Source: Deltaproteobacteria bacterium
Lineage (GTDB): Bacteria; Desulfobacterota_D; UBA1144; Nemesobacterales; CSP1-2
NCBI GenBank assembly: GCA_052390235.1
Contig: JBQTHB010000004.1
Coordinates: forward strand, 32,001 to 96,000
Length of the DNA: 64,000 nucleotides
Reading direction: 5' to 3'
Each line of letters starts with the position of its first letter. Position 1 is the stretch's first letter. Below are positions 49,905-59,570 of this stretch, in pieces. The notes beneath the pieces were generated by a model. The model did no database searches. It saw only the letters and a program-made list of their open reading frames with translations, and had not been told where the DNA came from. A program made the position numbers and the translations under genes.

Positions 49905-51476
49905 CTATTTTCTAGCTTTGCGAAGTCCCCAGTACCCAACCCACAGCGCTAGGCATCCCCACGAGAACGCATTGCCGATGCGGGCATAGATGGTTTTCCC
50001 GTGGTTCATTATGCCGACTCTCGCCTCAAGGGTCGTGCGCTCGAATATCTCGGTCTTGGCAATGACCCTGCCCACCGGGTCAATCACCGCGCTCACGCCC
50101 GTGTTTGTCGCCCTCACCAGGTAGAGCCGAGTCTCTATCGCCCTCGGAATTGAGACGAGCAGGTGCTGATACGCGGCGAATGTTCTGCCAAACCAGGCGT
50201 CGTTCGTGATATTGACCAGGAGGTTTGCCCCTTTCTCCGAGAATCTCTTGGCAAATGACGGGATAATGTCCTCGTAGCAGATGAGCGGGGCGATTCTCAG
50301 TCCTTTAGCTGGTATCTCGAATATTTCGAGCGCGCTGCCGGGGGTGAAATCCCCCGTTGCCGGGCTTAATTGCTTAAGCGATGGAAAATACCTCGCAAAC
50401 GGCAGATACTCGCCGAACAGGAGCAGTTTTATCTTATGGTATCTGCCCAGAATTGCCCCCTCGGAGTCTGAAAGAAACGCCGTGTTGAACTGCGCCCGCC
50501 GCCCGCCTTCTCCCTCGATAGCCCCGTAGGAAAGCCCTCCGACAATAAAATACGCGCCGCCAATAGGCGGGACAGCCGCCGCTCCTTTGCTTGCGAGGGT
50601 CTTTTCGGTAAGCGGAATCCACGCCTGAATCGCCGTTTCGGGCCAGATGACCAGGTCGGGGGCATCAATGGATTCTGACATGATTTTATGGGTGCTTGAG
50701 ACGAACTCCTCGTTCTCAGGAGTCTTCTCGAAGAAATCGAAATTTGCCTGCACCACTCCGACTTTAATCTTCTCCGAGGTTTCAGCCCACCTGTCAACCG
50801 CCTCAATCCTCCAAAACCCATAGCCGAGCGTAAGCGCGAGCAACGCCGCCGCCGCCGCTGCCTCAGGGTAGGATGCTGACCTCCCAAGCCGGATACATTT
50901 AAAAACTGCGAAATTCACGGCGACGATAATAAAACTAATCGAATATACACCGAAGAGGTCTGCTATCTGCATCGCGGGGAGGTAATTTGCCTGCGTGTTC
51001 GAGATTCCATAGGGGAAGAGGAAGGGAAATAGGAATTCGAGCGAAGTCCAAATCGAGGCGGCGAGCAGAACGCAGAGCGCTCCTCGCCTCTGAAATATGT
51101 TGAGCCGCGCCGAGATGTAGGCAAATATGCCGATGTACGCCCCCGTGTAGGCGGACAGGATTAGGTGAAAGAGGAAACTCACCGCCTCCGGGAAGCCGCC
51201 GAACCTCGTAATTGTGCCGATGATCCAGTACATCCCGACGGCATTTGCGAGAGCGCCGACGAGAATTCCGAGCCGAAACGCGTCTTTCGGGGATTTATCC
51301 CAGATTGCCGAGAAAAAGGGGACGAGCAGAATCCACGATAAAATTCCGGCGTAGGGGATGACAAAAGCCGCCGGCAGGAGCAGAGCGGAGATGACGCAGA
51401 GGGCGAGGTCTCGTTTGGTTATCACGTTATCTGCCTGATCTCTTCCCTGTGGTGGGCTTTTTGCGAAGCTGGGCAA
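49905..51476 (-). CDS. lnt: Apolipoprotein N-acyltransferase (true start may be GTG at 51425)
   Basis: WPETA, Y.K..L..FGEY.P, ICYE, NITNDAWFG and RATNTGVS motifs. Confidence 0.93.
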   Translation of the reverse strand: MPSFAKSPPQGRDQADNVITKRDLALCVISALLLPAAFVIPYAGILSWILLVPFFSAIWDKSPKDAFRLGILVGALANAVGMYWIIGTITRFGGFPEAVSFLFHLILSAYTGAYIGIFAYISARLNIFQRRGALCVLLAASIWTSLEFLFPFLFPYGISNTQANYLPAMQIADLFGVYSISFIIVAVNFAVFKCIRLGRSASYPEAAAAAALLALTLGYGFWRIEAVDRWAETSEKIKVGVVQANFDFFEKTPENEEFVSSTHKIMSESIDAPDLVIWPETAIQAWIPLTEKTLASKGAAAVPPIGGAYFIVGGLSYGAIEGEGGRRAQFNTAFLSDSEGAILGRYHKIKLLLFGEYLPFARYFPSLKQLSPATGDFTPGSALEIFEIPAKGLRIAPLICYEDIIPSFAKRFSEKGANLLVNITNDAWFGRTFAAYQHLLVSIPRAIETRLYLVRATNTGVSAVIDPVGRVIAKTEIFERTTLEARVGIMNHGKTIYARIGNAFSWGCLALWVGYWGLRKARK

Positions 51477-52200
51477 TTTTTACCACTCCGAATATTATGA
51501 GAATAAGCGCCATCACCTGAGCCACTGACAGACCGGGTATCGCGCTTGGGGTCGTAGCCCTCAGGAACTCTATTGAAAACCTCTCAAGCCCTGCGAGAAT
51601 TAGAAAAAGCGCAAATAGCCAGCCCACCGACATTTTCCGCTCCCTGATTTTCCACAGATAAACGAAAATCGCGCCGAGCAGCGCTGCCTCGTAAATCTGC
51701 GTCGGATGCACCGTCTCGGTTGTCGGCGGAATCCCGTTTGGAAAAGCCATCGCCCAAGGCACGTCCGACGGCACTCCGTAATCATCCCCTACGAGCAGAC
51801 ACCCGATGCGCCCTATTGAATGCGCAAGGGCGAGCGAGGGAGCGAGGCAGTCCCCAATAGTCCAGTAGCTCACTTTGCTCCTCGCTGCGATAATCCATAC
51901 GAGCAGGGCGGCGAGAAAAAACCCTCCGTAGAACGTGAGTCCCCCGCGCGACAGGAGATACGCGCCGGGATTTGCGAGGAGATCTGCGAGCGGGACGTTT
52001 TCATAGACGTAGAGGATTTTTGCTCCGATAAGCCCGCCGACCATTGCGGCGATGAATACGTTGCCCAGGAGGTTTTCATCGAGTCCTCTGCGCCGAAATT
52101 CGAGCGACGAGAAGTAGTATGCCGAGAGAAACCCCAGCGCGACCATCACGCCGAACGATGAGATTACGAAATCTCCGATTCTGAGCAGTTCTGGGTACAT
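51427..52200 (-). CDS. lgt: Prolipoprotein diacylglyceryl transferase
   Basis: GGLTFYGG, GRIGC, HPTQIYE and RFSIEFLR motifs. Confidence 0.93.
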   Translation of the reverse strand: MYPELLRIGDFVISSFGVMVALGFLSAYYFSSLEFRRRGLDENLLGNVFIAAMVGGLIGAKILYVYENVPLADLLANPGAYLLSRGGLTFYGGFFLAALLVWIIAARSKVSYWTIGDCLAPSLALAHSIGRIGCLLVGDDYGVPSDVPWAMAFPNGIPPTTETVHPTQIYEAALLGAIFVYLWKIRERKMSVGWLFALFLILAGLERFSIEFLRATTPSAIPGLSVAQVMALILIIFGVVKIAQLRKKPTTGKRSGR

Positions 52201-52359
52201 TTACCGCGCTCCGGTTGTTTTTTTCTCAAAATTGTTTTTTATTAGAGCCTCTATTCGGTTTTTGAGAGCGGCGTTTTTTCTAGTGAGCCGAACCGTGAAC
52301 AGGAATATAATTGCCCAGAGGACAAGCTGAATAATAAAACTCGTGAAAATATCGTACAT
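52201..52359 (-). CDS. 52-aa single-TM small protein (CcmD-like shape), absent from the ORF track
   Basis: Hand translation gives MYDIFTSFIIQLVLWAIIFLFTVRLTRKNAALKNRIEALIKNNFEKKTTGAR*. GGGGAG lies upstream and the TAA abuts the lgt ATG. Confidence 0.6.
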   Translation of the reverse strand: MYDIFTSFIIQLVLWAIIFLFTVRLTRKNAALKNRIEALIKNNFEKKTTGAR

Positions 52360-52532
52360 TTTAGATGCGCTCCCCGCCTAGATGCGATTTAGGTATTAAA
52401 TCTAACTGACGTCTCCCTAAATTTAAACACGCCCCCACGCCGACCCATAAGCGCGCATGAGTTAGCGCGGCGTTAAGACCTAGCCTCCTTGCTTGCATGA
52501 ACCGCTGGGAATAGGTAAATTCTTCAGGCGAG

Positions 52533-53129
52533 ATGATAAGCTCTCCGGTGCTGGTTCTAAACCGCAATTTTGTTCCGCTCACAATTACAAGCGTAAAGAG
52601 GGCTTTTGTCATGCTCTACTGCGGAGTGGCAAAGGCTGTAGCCGGAGACTACAGGACGTTTGATTTCGAGTCATGGGCTGAGGTTTCAGCCGCCATGGGC
52701 GAAGACGGCATTCAGACCGTAAGCCGCGTAATTAGAATTCCCCGCGTTATAATGCTTCTGCGCTACGACCTCATGCCGCGCAAAGAGGCGAAATTCAACC
52801 GCATAAACATTTTCCGGCGGGACGGCTCGGCGTGCCAGTACTGCGGGGAGGTTTTCCCCAAGCCCGACCTCACCATAGACCACGTTGTCCCAAGGTCTCA
52901 CGGAGGAAAAAGCGTCTGGGAGAACGTCGTGTGCTGCTGCGTTGACTGCAATAGGAAAAAAGGCGGCAGAACACCCGAAGAGGCCCGTATGAAGCTCATA
53001 AGCAAGCCCAAAAAACCCGCTTGGGATCCGTTTTCTAATATCTACGTCAGAACCGTAAGATACAAGGAGTGGGAGCCGTTTCTCGGCTTTGTGGAAGCGT
53101 CTTACTGGAATGTGGAGCTTGAGGCGTAG
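52533..53129 (+). CDS. Stand-alone HNH endonuclease
   Basis: VLVLN N-terminus; RD..CQYCG, TIDHVVP.S.GG and WENVV..C..CN.KKG motifs. Confidence 0.9.
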   Translation: MISSPVLVLNRNFVPLTITSVKRAFVMLYCGVAKAVAGDYRTFDFESWAEVSAAMGEDGIQTVSRVIRIPRVIMLLRYDLMPRKEAKFNRINIFRRDGSACQYCGEVFPKPDLTIDHVVPRSHGGKSVWENVVCCCVDCNRKKGGRTPEEARMKLISKPKKPAWDPFSNIYVRTVRYKEWEPFLGFVEASYWNVELEA

Positions 53130-53251
53130 TAATTTCAGGTACAATTAGCGTTGAAATTTATAAACCGTCTTGGCATATTTTCATCTGACGCCGCCTTGCC
53201 GGGGCGTTTTGCCCTGCGCCTGAATAATTTTTGCAGCTTGGAGGAATATTT

Positions 53252-54508
53252 ATGAAGAAAATACTAATTGCGGCGCTGATGGCGCTGATTGTCCTGCCCG
53301 CCATGCTTTACGCAACCATCGTACTGCCCCCGATAGACGGGCCCATTGTGAAAAAAATCCCGATATTCATCCCCGACCTAGTGGGTTTGGGAACGTCCGA
53401 TGCGAGGGCTAGGGAGTTTGCCGAGGTGCTGAGAAACGACCTGCTCAACGCGGGGCTGTTCGATGTGCAGAAAGGAAACGCCATCTTCCTGGGCGCGGGG
53501 GACAATGTCAACTACCAAGCCTTTTTCGACGCCGGAGCGGAGGCTCTAGTCAAGGGGGAATTTCAGGTCTCAGGCGGCAAAATTACCATCACGGCGAAAT
53601 TATTCGATGTAGTCGCTGAGAAATTCTTAGTCGGCAGGGTCTATGAGGCGACCTCGGATAGGGTCAGAGACGCCGCCCATAAATTTGCCAATCTCGTGAT
53701 GAAGGAACTCACCGGTATTGACGGCTTTTTCACCTATAAAATCGCCTTCGTCTCAGGGGTGGAAGACAGGCGCGACTTATTCCTGATGGATTACGACGGA
53801 TTCGGCTTAAGACGCATAACCAATCACCGCGCCCTTGTCCTATCGCCCCACTGCTCGCCAGACGGCTCGAAAATCCTATTTAACTCCGACAAAGTATTCG
53901 ACCAGGACTTATATAGCCTCAGCCTCGGCGGCAAGGGCGTGGAGCAGAGGCTCACCCGCACCTTTAGGCTGGAGCAAAGCCCTGAGTGGTCTCCGGACGG
54001 CAGTAAAATGGCATTCAGCGCCGCCGGCGATATTTACATCGCCAATCCCGATGGGAGTAGCCCCGTAAACATCACTCGCCACCCCTCGATAGACGTATCC
54101 CCCGCTTGGTCCCCCGACGGAAGCCGTATCGCCTTTACCTCAGATAGAAGCGGCTCGCCTCAGATTTACGTTATGAGCGCGAAGGGGGGGAGCGCGAAGA
54201 GAATCTCCTCAGGCTCTTACAACACCGACCCCGCCTGGTCTCCAAACCCCGAGGTGAATAAAATCGCCTATGTGCGCGTGGGCGGAGGCGCGAATATTAT
54301 CACGGTAAGTCCAGACGGCTCAGGAGAGAGGCAACTCACCGAAGGCGGCAGAAACGAAAACCCCGCGTGGTCTCCAGACGGTCATTACATCGCTTTTATG
54401 TCCTCGCGAAACGGGACGCGCGATATTTTCCTAATGTATCTGAGCGGGGACAACATACAACAGCTCACAAAGGGAAGCGGCAAGGCTTTCCCAACGTGGT
54501 GCAGATAA
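53252..54508 (+). CDS. tolB: TolB beta-propeller protein
   Basis: Signal peptide, AHKFAN, MDYDG and repeated P.WSPDG PD40 motifs. Confidence 0.85.
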   Translation: MKKILIAALMALIVLPAMLYATIVLPPIDGPIVKKIPIFIPDLVGLGTSDARAREFAEVLRNDLLNAGLFDVQKGNAIFLGAGDNVNYQAFFDAGAEALVKGEFQVSGGKITITAKLFDVVAEKFLVGRVYEATSDRVRDAAHKFANLVMKELTGIDGFFTYKIAFVSGVEDRRDLFLMDYDGFGLRRITNHRALVLSPHCSPDGSKILFNSDKVFDQDLYSLSLGGKGVEQRLTRTFRLEQSPEWSPDGSKMAFSAAGDIYIANPDGSSPVNITRHPSIDVSPAWSPDGSRIAFTSDRSGSPQIYVMSAKGGSAKRISSGSYNTDPAWSPNPEVNKIAYVRVGGGANIITVSPDGSGERQLTEGGRNENPAWSPDGHYIAFMSSRNGTRDIFLMYLSGDNIQQLTKGSGKAFPTWCR

Positions 54509-54604
54509 AAGAGACATTGTTCGCGGCGCGGCGGGAGGATGAGAGGCGGAAACACCCTCCCCCTGTCTTTTGAGAGAGACGTGAGGGAGGACTTTTTAGT
54601 AATA

Positions 54605-55390
54605 TCAGCCTTTGACCTTGCGGAAATCGGGTTTCCGTTTCTCTTTGAAAGCCGTCGCCCCTTCGAGCATCTGAGGGGACTTGAGGAAAAACTTCGCCAA
54701 TTCCAGTCCGTGGGTAATCTGCGGCGAAGCCACGTCGGATGCGAAATTAATCTGCGTTTTTGCGATTCTTAGCGACTGCGGGCTTACCTCAAGCAGTCTC
54801 TGGCACCAGGCGTCAACCTCTTCATCGAGCTTATCCTTGGGGACGACCTTGTTTATCCAGCCCATCTGCTCGGCTTCTCTAGCCGTGTACCGGTTGCACA
54901 GATACACAATTTCGCGGGTCTTCTTATCCCCCACCGAGTGCTGAAGCCCCTGAAGCCCGTACCATATAGGGCAGCTCCCCACCAGAGGCCCAGCCTGCCC
55001 AAAGATGGAATCCTCGGAGGCAATGGTCAAATCGCAGAGCATATTAAGCTCGTTCCCCCCGCCGATACAGAATCCGCTTACTCTGGCAATAATGGGCTTG
55101 CCGCAGTTGCGCATGGCGTTTGCGAGCCTGTAGTGAACGAGCATATACTCAGAGTTGACGGGCTTATCGGGGTCAATTATCCATGATAAATCCCCGCCAG
55201 CGCAAAAAGCCTTGTCGCCCGCGCCGGTAAGCACCATCACGCCGATGTCGTCGTCGAGCCAAGAGTCTTCAATGGCTTCTGCAAGCTCGGATCTCACTTT
55301 CGAGTCAAGCGCGTTTCTCACCTCTGGGCGGTTTATCGTAATGCGCGATACGTGGTCTCTCTTCTCATAGAGAATGAAGTCGAATTTCAT
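54605..55390 (-). CDS. Crotonase-family enzyme, MenB/BadI-like
   Basis: INRPEVRNA, AFCAGGD, IGGGNEL, FGQAGP.VGS and AFKEKRKPDF motifs. Confidence 0.8.
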   Translation of the reverse strand: MKFDFILYEKRDHVSRITINRPEVRNALDSKVRSELAEAIEDSWLDDDIGVMVLTGAGDKAFCAGGDLSWIIDPDKPVNSEYMLVHYRLANAMRNCGKPIIARVSGFCIGGGNELNMLCDLTIASEDSIFGQAGPLVGSCPIWYGLQGLQHSVGDKKTREIVYLCNRYTAREAEQMGWINKVVPKDKLDEEVDAWCQRLLEVSPQSLRIAKTQINFASDVASPQITHGLELAKFFLKSPQMLEGATAFKEKRKPDFRKVKG

Positions 55391-55604
55391 CTTACTTGAG
55401 CCTCCCTTCAATTTTTCCTGATACCATTCATTAAATGCGCTGGATTGTCAATATTTCCCGCAACAGGACGCCCAATGAAGGCTCGACGAAGCCCCACTGC
55501 GCGCCTGTGGTATTGGAAGACATATAGGCGGAATCAGTCCCGTTCTGCGCGATAATCCGATTTTCGATAGGTTTTCCAATACGATGCTGAAGATTCTGCT
55601 CGCC

Positions 55605-55922
55605 CTACTCCTCAGGGTAGCTTACGACTCTAAACGTCTGGAACGGCTCTGCCTGTGAAATCATCGGCATCCCAAGCACGGTTACAGATGAAATACGTCC
55701 GTTTGAGGCATTGGCGCTGACCCTAAAACCCAGTCTGAGTCCGGCGATGACGGCTGGGTTTGATACAAGCTGATACTCTGCCCGCGTCCTGTCCTCTTTG
55801 AGCCTGATGAACCCGTCGCCGACTTGGGTTATCTCGCCGGTTATGCTCTCGGCTCTTGCGCCGGATGGGGCGAGCGCCGCCAAAAACACGCAACACAGAG
55901 CGGTCAATATAACTTTTTTCAT
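55605..55922 (-). CDS. Hypothetical small exported protein
   Basis: GAGGAGG SD, MKK signal peptide with A-R-A cleavage site, beta-rich mature part. Confidence 0.65.
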   Translation of the reverse strand: MKKVILTALCCVFLAALAPSGARAESITGEITQVGDGFIRLKEDRTRAEYQLVSNPAVIAGLRLGFRVSANASNGRISSVTVLGMPMISQAEPFQTFRVVSYPEE

Positions 55923-56079
55923 GGCTGATACCTCCTCAAGGTGTTTTTCCCTATTGTATATAAATTGGGGGTATAATGCCATAGATTTTTTCGATATTGT
56001 GAAAAGTGATGAGAATATATAAATTATAATTAACGGTAAACAGTTAGGGGGGGAAGATTCTGACTGACACGCCGCTCGC

Positions 56080-56685
56080 TTACATTCTCTTTCTATCCCT
56101 CAGCGCCTTGCCGAGCGTTACCTCGTCTGTGTATTCGATTTCCCCTCCAACGGGGATTCCGTAGGCAATGCGTGTTACCTCGATTTGAAGCGGTTTTATC
56201 AATTTCGCCAGATACATCGCCGTAGCCTCGCCCTCGACGCTTGGGTTCGTGGCAATTATGACCTCTCTCTCTCCTTCGCCTTTTAGCCTCTCGAGAAGCT
56301 CGCGAATTTTTAAATCCTCGGGTCCCACCCCCTCGATGGGCGATATTACGCCGTGTAGTACGTGGTATTTCCCTCTAAACTCCGCGCTCCTCTCGATGGC
56401 GATTAAATCGAGCGGCTCTTCTACTACGCATATCGCTTTGGCGTCTCTGGAGGGGTCGCGGCATATATCGCAGGGATTCTCCGAGGTGAAGCTGAAGCAG
56501 ACCCCGCAGAGGCTGATTTTTCTCTTCGTATCGGTTATGGCTCTTGAAAGGCTTTCGGCAAACCCCTCGGGCGCGCGCAAAATATAGAATGCGAGCCTAG
56601 TGGCGTTTTTCTCGCCAATGCCCGGAAGTCTCGAGAGCGACTCGATGAGCCTTGAAATCGGTTCTGGAAGACCGCGGCGTTTCAT
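56080..56685 (-). CDS. recR: Recombination mediator RecR
   Basis: LPGIGEK.A.R, C4 zinc finger, YHVLHG and NPSVEGEAT motifs. Confidence 0.96.
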   Translation of the reverse strand: MKRRGLPEPISRLIESLSRLPGIGEKNATRLAFYILRAPEGFAESLSRAITDTKRKISLCGVCFSFTSENPCDICRDPSRDAKAICVVEEPLDLIAIERSAEFRGKYHVLHGVISPIEGVGPEDLKIRELLERLKGEGEREVIIATNPSVEGEATAMYLAKLIKPLQIEVTRIAYGIPVGGEIEYTDEVTLGKALRDRKRM

Positions 56686-56686
56686 T

Positions 56687-57007
56687 TTATAGCAGTCCTG
56701 GGGGCAGTCCTAGCCCGCCGGCAACTTTGGCAATTTCCTCTTTCATAATCTCTTTCCCTTTGCCTAGGGCTTCGTTCACGGCTACGGTGATTAAATCCTG
56801 AAGCATCTCTACGTCGCCGTCCTTTATCAGCTGAGGCTCGATTTTAATTGCTACAATTTCGCCCTTTGCCTTTGCCAGGGCGGTTACCATGCCCCCGCCG
56901 GCTGAGGCTTCTAGCACTTTTTCGCCGGCTTCGGCTTGGAGCTTGTCAATCTGCTCTTTCACTTTCTGCGCCTGCTTGAGCATACTTTGTATGTTTCCCA
57001 GTTTCAT
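56687..57007 (-). CDS. ybaB: YbaB/EbfC nucleoid-associated protein
   Basis: AGGGMV and DVEMLQDLI.VA.N.A motifs; lies between dnaX and recR. Confidence 0.93.
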   Translation of the reverse strand: MKLGNIQSMLKQAQKVKEQIDKLQAEAGEKVLEASAGGGMVTALAKAKGEIVAIKIEPQLIKDGDVEMLQDLITVAVNEALGKGKEIMKEEIAKVAGGLGLPPGLL

Positions 57008-57026
57008 AGGCTCTGCTCCTTGGGTT

Positions 57027-58649
57027 TTATTTATTTGTAATTTTTACCACTCTGCCTGCAAAAATGCCGAGCGCGTTTTGAATGACCGGGTCGCGTTCGG
57101 CGTCTCCTCTGCGCTTTGCCTTCTGCTCGCCGGGCGATACGTAATCCCCTGCGGCATCGGCGCCTGCGCTCAATATTTCTACCTTCGGCTTTAAGTCCTC
57201 GCCGAAAAACTCCTTGGCGAGAGCGCCTATGTTCTCCTGATTCCTCGCCGCATAGTCCGAGTGAACCGAGCGAGCGCCAAATTCTAGTATGAGGATTCCC
57301 GACTCAGCCCTGATGGAGGTCGCTTTATCGAGGTGAATTCCCGCCATTGGGCTCTTGGATTTCACAAACGAGATGAAGTCCCCATCTTCTGCGGCGGCAC
57401 GGGTTTCAGATGGAATCATCTTTTCTGCGGGTTCGTATTGGGCTTTGTCCTCTGCGAGCGACGATACTGAGGTATTAGCGCTTGGGGGCAGGGCGCTGGC
57501 GGGGCTTGGGATTTGCTTTTGTATCGCCTCGATTTTAGCGATAATCTCATCGAGCGGGATTATCGTCCTCACGAGGCAGAGCCTTACCAAAAGTGCCTCT
57601 AGGGCGATTCGAGGATAAAACGAGCGATGCACCTGCTCCGCCCCTTCAAGGGTGAGATTAAAGAGCGCGTCCAGAGTCTCAGCGGTTTCCTGTTTGGAGA
57701 GCTTTTGAAGCTCCAATCTCTCCTCCTGCGAGATGTCTGATGCCGCCTCTGCGCCGCATATTTTCATCAGCAGAGCGGCTCTAACGGCCTTAAGTAAATC
57801 CTCCGAGAACCGCCTTGGGCTTACCCCCTTGTCCGCCGCTGAGTTCAAAATTTCAACTGCCATCTTCGCATTCTTGGTCAATACCGCCGAAAGCGCCGCT
57901 CTTGTGAGGGATCTGTCCATTACGCCGAGAATGCGGGCTGCCTCTTCGCCGTTTATCGCCGCTCCGAATGTGGCGATGAGCCTGTCCATGAGGCTTAGGG
58001 CGTCTCTCATGCTCCCGTCGGCTTCTTCGGCTACTAGGGAAATCGTCGCGCCGGAGATTGCCACCCCCTCCTGCGAGGTGATGAATTCGAGCCTCTTTTT
58101 TATTGTTTCAAGCGGCACTTTTTTGAATTCGTATCTCTGGCAGCGGGACAGAATAGTCGTCGGAATCTTATGCGATTCCGTTGTGGCTAGGATGAAAAGC
58201 ACGCGCGGGGGAGGCTCTTCAAGGGTTTTGAGCAGGGCATTAAACGCCGACTGCGAGAGCATGTGCGCTTCGTCAATTATATAAATTTTGGTTTTGCCCG
58301 ATGATGGCAGATATTTTACGTTTTCGATAATTTCTCTGACGTCGGCGACTCCGGTGTGGGACGCGGCGTCAATTTCCATTACGTCAAGCGATCTGCCCTC
58401 GGCGATGTCCGCGCAGAACGAACACTCGGAGCAGGGCGAGGGGGTTGGGCCATTTACGCAGTTGAGCGCCTTTGCCACGATTCTCGCGCTTGTGGTCTTG
58501 CCGACCCCCCTTGAGCCGGAGAAAATAAGGGCGTGCGCTATCTTGCCCGACGAGATGGAGTTCTTGAGGGCTTGGGTGATGTAGTCCTGCCCTACGAGGT
58601 CGTCAAAAGTCTGTGGTCTCCATTTTCTGGCAAGGACGAGGTAGGACAT
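57027..58649 (-). CDS. dnaX: DNA polymerase III subunit gamma/tau
   Basis: LARKWRPQTF, GSRGVGKTT, IDEAHMLS..AFNALLKTLEEPP and SRC motifs. Confidence 0.97.
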   Translation of the reverse strand: MSYLVLARKWRPQTFDDLVGQDYITQALKNSISSGKIAHALIFSGSRGVGKTTSARIVAKALNCVNGPTPSPCSECSFCADIAEGRSLDVMEIDAASHTGVADVREIIENVKYLPSSGKTKIYIIDEAHMLSQSAFNALLKTLEEPPPRVLFILATTESHKIPTTILSRCQRYEFKKVPLETIKKRLEFITSQEGVAISGATISLVAEEADGSMRDALSLMDRLIATFGAAINGEEAARILGVMDRSLTRAALSAVLTKNAKMAVEILNSAADKGVSPRRFSEDLLKAVRAALLMKICGAEAASDISQEERLELQKLSKQETAETLDALFNLTLEGAEQVHRSFYPRIALEALLVRLCLVRTIIPLDEIIAKIEAIQKQIPSPASALPPSANTSVSSLAEDKAQYEPAEKMIPSETRAAAEDGDFISFVKSKSPMAGIHLDKATSIRAESGILILEFGARSVHSDYAARNQENIGALAKEFFGEDLKPKVEILSAGADAAGDYVSPGEQKAKRRGDAERDPVIQNALGIFAGRVVKITNK

Positions 58650-58663
58650 AAATCACCATGAAT

Positions 58664-58777
58664 AAAACCGGCGGGCCGGGGTAGCCGCAACGCTCAGAGA
58701 GGTTTGCTACCGTTGCTCTCTTCCGAGCCTGGCGGGTTTTACAATTCCCTGCCGCGCGGGCCCGACCTGCCGGTTTT
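58664..58777 (-). ncRNA. ffs: Signal recognition particle RNA (4.5S)
   Basis: The minus strand contains the helix-8 motif CCAGG-CTC-GGAA-GAG-AGCA. Complementary termini AAAACCGGC/GCCGGTTTT; usual position upstream of dnaX. Confidence 0.9.
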
Positions 58778-58840
58778 ATATCCGCAGATTTTATATAACT
58801 CTATCTTATCTGCGGTTTATACGTTTTCTAGTAAAACTCG

Positions 58841-58933
58841 TGGCGGAGAGGGAGGGATTCGAACCCTCGAGGGAGCTTTAGACCCCCTACACGCTTTCCA
58901 GGCGTGCACCTTCGGCCGCTCGGTCACCTCTCC
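58841..58933 (-). tRNA. tRNA-Ser(GGA), CCA encoded
   Basis: GGAGAGG...CCTCTCC-GCCA acceptor stem, CACGC-CTGGAAA-GCGTG anticodon arm, long variable arm, GGTTCGAATCC T-loop. Confidence 0.97.
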
Positions 58934-59030
58934 GGTGTGGAGATTTCGCCGCACCTCTGGCTCATCTCAACTACAGTACTCAGTATAAGTAATATCTCAG
59001 CTCGGAGCGTTGCCGCCCCGGTTTATCTGC

Positions 59031-59570
59031 CTACTTGCTTTCACAATTGCATAGGCTCTTGTGTATATGCGCTATCACGTTATGTATATCGTCATCTGAA
59101 AGCGCCCCTCCCCATGCCGGCATAAGCGGGGATTTCCCGACAGACGGGCCGCCTTCTTTAATAACCTTAAAAATATGGTCGTTTGTCAGCGATGATACAT
59201 AGGCGGCATCGCTCAGGTCTCTGGGCTTGGGGTTTAGCGCGGCGGCGGCGACTCCGTCTCCCTTGCCTCCAATGCCGTGGCAGGAGGCGCAGATGGTCTC
59301 GAATTTCGCCTTGCCCAAAGCGGCGTCTCCTTTAGGGGCGGCGGCCGCTTGCGCGCCATCGGTATTTGCCGCCTCTTCAGCCGCAGGGGCGGTGGTCTCC
59401 TCGGCTTGAGGCTCTGGGGTTGCCGCCTCGATTGTTGGCTCCGGTGTGTTTTCGACTATCGCCTCGGTTGCCGCCTCTGGCTCTTCCTCTGTCTTCGAGC
59501 ATGAAATGACGGATGCCCCAAGCGATGCGGACACGGTTAAAATCAATATAGCTCTCAATAGTTTCTTCAC
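59031..59570 (-). CDS. Lipid-anchored monoheme cytochrome c with acidic Ala/Glu/Pro linker
   Basis: VISC lipobox-like site, CASCH heme motif, PKPRDL and MPAWG motifs. Confidence 0.88.
   Translation of the reverse strand: MKKLLRAILILTVSASLGASVISCSKTEEEPEAATEAIVENTPEPTIEAATPEPQAEETTAPAAEEAANTDGAQAAAAPKGDAALGKAKFETICASCHGIGGKGDGVAAAALNPKPRDLSDAAYVSSLTNDHIFKVIKEGGPSVGKSPLMPAWGGALSDDDIHNVIAHIHKSLCNCESK

Noticed and set aside
52360..53129. HNH gene as an RNA-guided (IscB/Cas9-like) system
   Set aside because: It is only 198 aa with no RuvC motifs, and there is no repeat array or convincing ncRNA next to it.
55956..56025. Direct repeat TATATAAATT twice in an AT-rich intergenic region
   Set aside because: Low complexity and only two copies; it cannot be assigned to a regulator.
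58095..58101. In-frame A AAA AAG slippery heptamer in dnaX (ATA AAA AAG), identical to the E. coli tau/gamma frameshift site
   Set aside because: It lies near codon 184, inside the clamp-loader core and far upstream of where gamma ends. A shift would give a useless fragment, so it is most likely ordinary Ile-Lys-Lys coding.
58841..58933. tRNA-Ser as an integration site
   Set aside because: No integrase or duplicated tRNA 3' end was seen, and ffs-dnaX follow in the usual order.
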